The notes under the pieces are model-generated. The model saw only the letters and a program-made list of their open reading frames with translations, searched no databases and was not told the DNA's origin. The translations under genes were made by a program, and so were the position numbers. From Thermoproteus tenax Kra 1 (GTDB lineage Archaea; Thermoproteota; Thermoprotei; Thermoproteales; Thermoproteaceae), in assembly GCF_000253055.1 (NCBI RefSeq), contig NC_016070.1, forward strand, positions 1,230,001-1,262,000: a stretch of 32,000 nucleotides of DNA, in the 5' to 3' direction. Positions 30,655 through 32,000 of this stretch are shown here, piece after piece; the first letter of the stretch is position 1, and every line of letters begins with the position of its first letter.

Positions 30655-32000
30655 GTGTCGCTTTCCTCTCTACACGAGGCTGTAAGGAGGGCGTTGGAGG
30701 AGAGGGGGTTCGTCGAACTTACCGAGCCGCAAAAAAGGGCGCTTCCACATATCCTTGAGGGAAAGAACGTGTTGATAGTGGCGCCCACGGGCTCTGGTAA
30801 GACAGAGGCGGCGTTGTTGCCAATTATGTCCAAGTTCCTCGCAGAGGGCCCGGGCGATCCCGGCATATACATTCTCTACATCACTCCCCTCAGGGCGTTG
30901 AACAGAGACCTTCTCGATAGACTGAAATGGTGGGGCGCCAAGCTCAACGTATCTGTGGACGTGCGCCACGGCGATACCGACGAGACTGACAGACAAAGAC
31001 AGAGCAAAAACCCGCCGCACATGCTCATCACAACGCCCGAGATGCTTCAGGCAATTCTCACCGGGAAAAGGCTCTTGGAACACTTGAGACGACTCAGATG
31101 GATCATTGTCGACGAAGTACACGAGCTAGCCGAGGACAAAAGAGGCGTTCAGCTCAGCGTAGCCCTAGAGAGGATAAGGTATCATGTCGGGAGAGACATC
31201 CAGATAGTTGGGCTTTCGGCAACTGTAGGCTCTATAGACGAGGTGGCAAAGTTCTTGTTCGGCGTTGGTAGACCCTACGTTGTAGTGCAAGTGGGCACCC
31301 GCGATATGGATCTCTCGGTGGTCAGACCAAGGCCCACTGCGCGCGACGCTGAGGAGGCAAACAGACTGGGCACACACGAGGAAGTGGCGGCGCGCCTCAG
31401 GTCCATCAAAGAGATGGTTGAAAGACATAAAACAACTTTGATATTTGTAAATACTAGGAGCATGGCCGAGCTACTCGGCTTTAGGCTGTCTCAGGCCTAT
31501 CCAGACCTCCCGGTCGCAGTGCATCACTCGTCGCTCTCCAAGATGGTGAGGCTCTCAGTTGAGAGCGGGCTCAAGAGCGGGGCCCTCAAGGCGGTGGTCG
31601 CTACATCCAGCTTGGAGTTGGGCATAGACATAGGACACGTGGACCTAGTGATACAGTACCTCTCGCCTCACCAAGTAGTGAGGTTAGTTCAGAGAGTGGG
31701 CCGAAGCGGACACAAGCTGACTCTGACGCCAAAGGGGGTAATAGTGGCCGACGATGTGAACGATGCGCTCGAGGCCATCGAGATAGTGAAGAGGGCTAAA
31801 GCCGGCATGCTTGAACAGACCAGAGTTCCCCACAAGCCCTACGACGTCTTGGCAAACCAAGTGGCAGCGTTCTTAATGTTAAAGCCGAGGTGGAGGCTCC
31901 AAGAACTATACGAGGTTATAACAAGAGCGTATCCATACCGCGATCTCACCTTGGATGAGCTCCGAAGGGTAGTCAAATTTTTGAACGAGCTGAGGCCGAG
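30655..32000 (+). CDS. lhr: Lhr-type superfamily-2 DEAD/DEAH-box helicase, N-terminal part (continues past the window end)
   Basis: It is absent from the track because no stop is reached. My translation of this frame gives LTEPQKRALPHILEGKNVLIVAPTGSGKTEAALLP (motif I), YITPLRALNRD, IIVDEVHEL (motif II), GLSATV (motif III), ...VATSSLELGIDIG and QRVGRSGH (motif VI). TTTTTATTTA at 30627-30636 lies about 25 nt upstream of GTG 30655. Confidence 0.85.
   Translation, partial: MSLSSLHEAVRRALEERGFVELTEPQKRALPHILEGKNVLIVAPTGSGKTEAALLPIMSKFLAEGPGDPGIYILYITPLRALNRDLLDRLKWWGAKLNVSVDVRHGDTDETDRQRQSKNPPHMLITTPEMLQAILTGKRLLEHLRRLRWIIVDEVHELAEDKRGVQLSVALERIRYHVGRDIQIVGLSATVGSIDEVAKFLFGVGRPYVVVQVGTRDMDLSVVRPRPTARDAEEANRLGTHEEVAARLRSIKEMVERHKTTLIFVNTRSMAELLGFRLSQAYPDLPVAVHHSSLSKMVRLSVESGLKSGALKAVVATSSLELGIDIGHVDLVIQYLSPHQVVRLVQRVGRSGHKLTLTPKGVIVADDVNDALEAIEIVKRAKAGMLEQTRVPHKPYDVLANQVAAFLMLKPRWRLQELYEVITRAYPYRDLTLDELRRVVKFLNELRP

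Noticed and set aside
1-32000. Search for CRISPR arrays, long tandem or inverted repeats, IS elements and prophage or integrase genes
   Set aside because: I noticed no regularly spaced direct repeats and no transposase- or integrase-like translations in any frame. Gene density and conserved housekeeping content argue for core chromosome.

Overview
Compact chromosomal segment that looks crenarchaeal, most likely Thermoproteaceae (Pyrobaculum/Thermoproteus-like). It is GC-rich, uses ATA as the Ile codon and has many GTG starts. An A/T-rich TATA-like hexamer sits about 21-29 nt upstream of most start codons, implying leaderless mRNAs. There is one intron-containing tRNA. I found no CRISPR array, transposase, integrase or rRNA. 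Content from left to right: (1) tungsten aldehyde:ferredoxin oxidoreductase; (2) a glycogen island with alpha-glucan phosphorylase, GH57 glucanase, glycogen synthase and an NDP-sugar pyrophosphorylase that is broken by two compensating frameshifts; (3) trpA-trpB2-trpD-trpF; (4) a hypothetical protein, an isochorismatase-family hydrolase and a KaiC-like ATPase; (5) fragments of the spc ribosomal cluster (S5-L30 with RNase HII on the minus strand, L15-SecY on the plus strand, L6 alone); (6) a family-5 uracil-DNA glycosylase; (7) an untracked 56-aa C2H2 zinc-finger ORF followed by a HEPN-like ORF; (8) a SPOUT methyltransferase; (9) a thiol-disulfide neighbourhood with a frameshifted VKOR, a Trx-CcdA fusion, a CPYC thioredoxin, a NOX/CoADR-type flavoprotein and a PDO; (10) malate dehydrogenase, ITPase, a CBS protein, a secreted protein and the 5' part of an Lhr-type helicase. 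The items I consider most worth follow-up are: the three homopolymer-associated frame breaks; the extremely AT-rich 3' tail of the VKOR gene; small ORFs missed by the track that have canonical promoter spacing; a HEPN / degenerate-nucleotidyltransferase fusion next to tRNA-Tyr; a low-GC gene with a 30-aa Lys/Arg tail; and a single palindromic TATA shared by the tRNA and a divergent CDS. All homology calls come from motif recognition by eye, not database searches.
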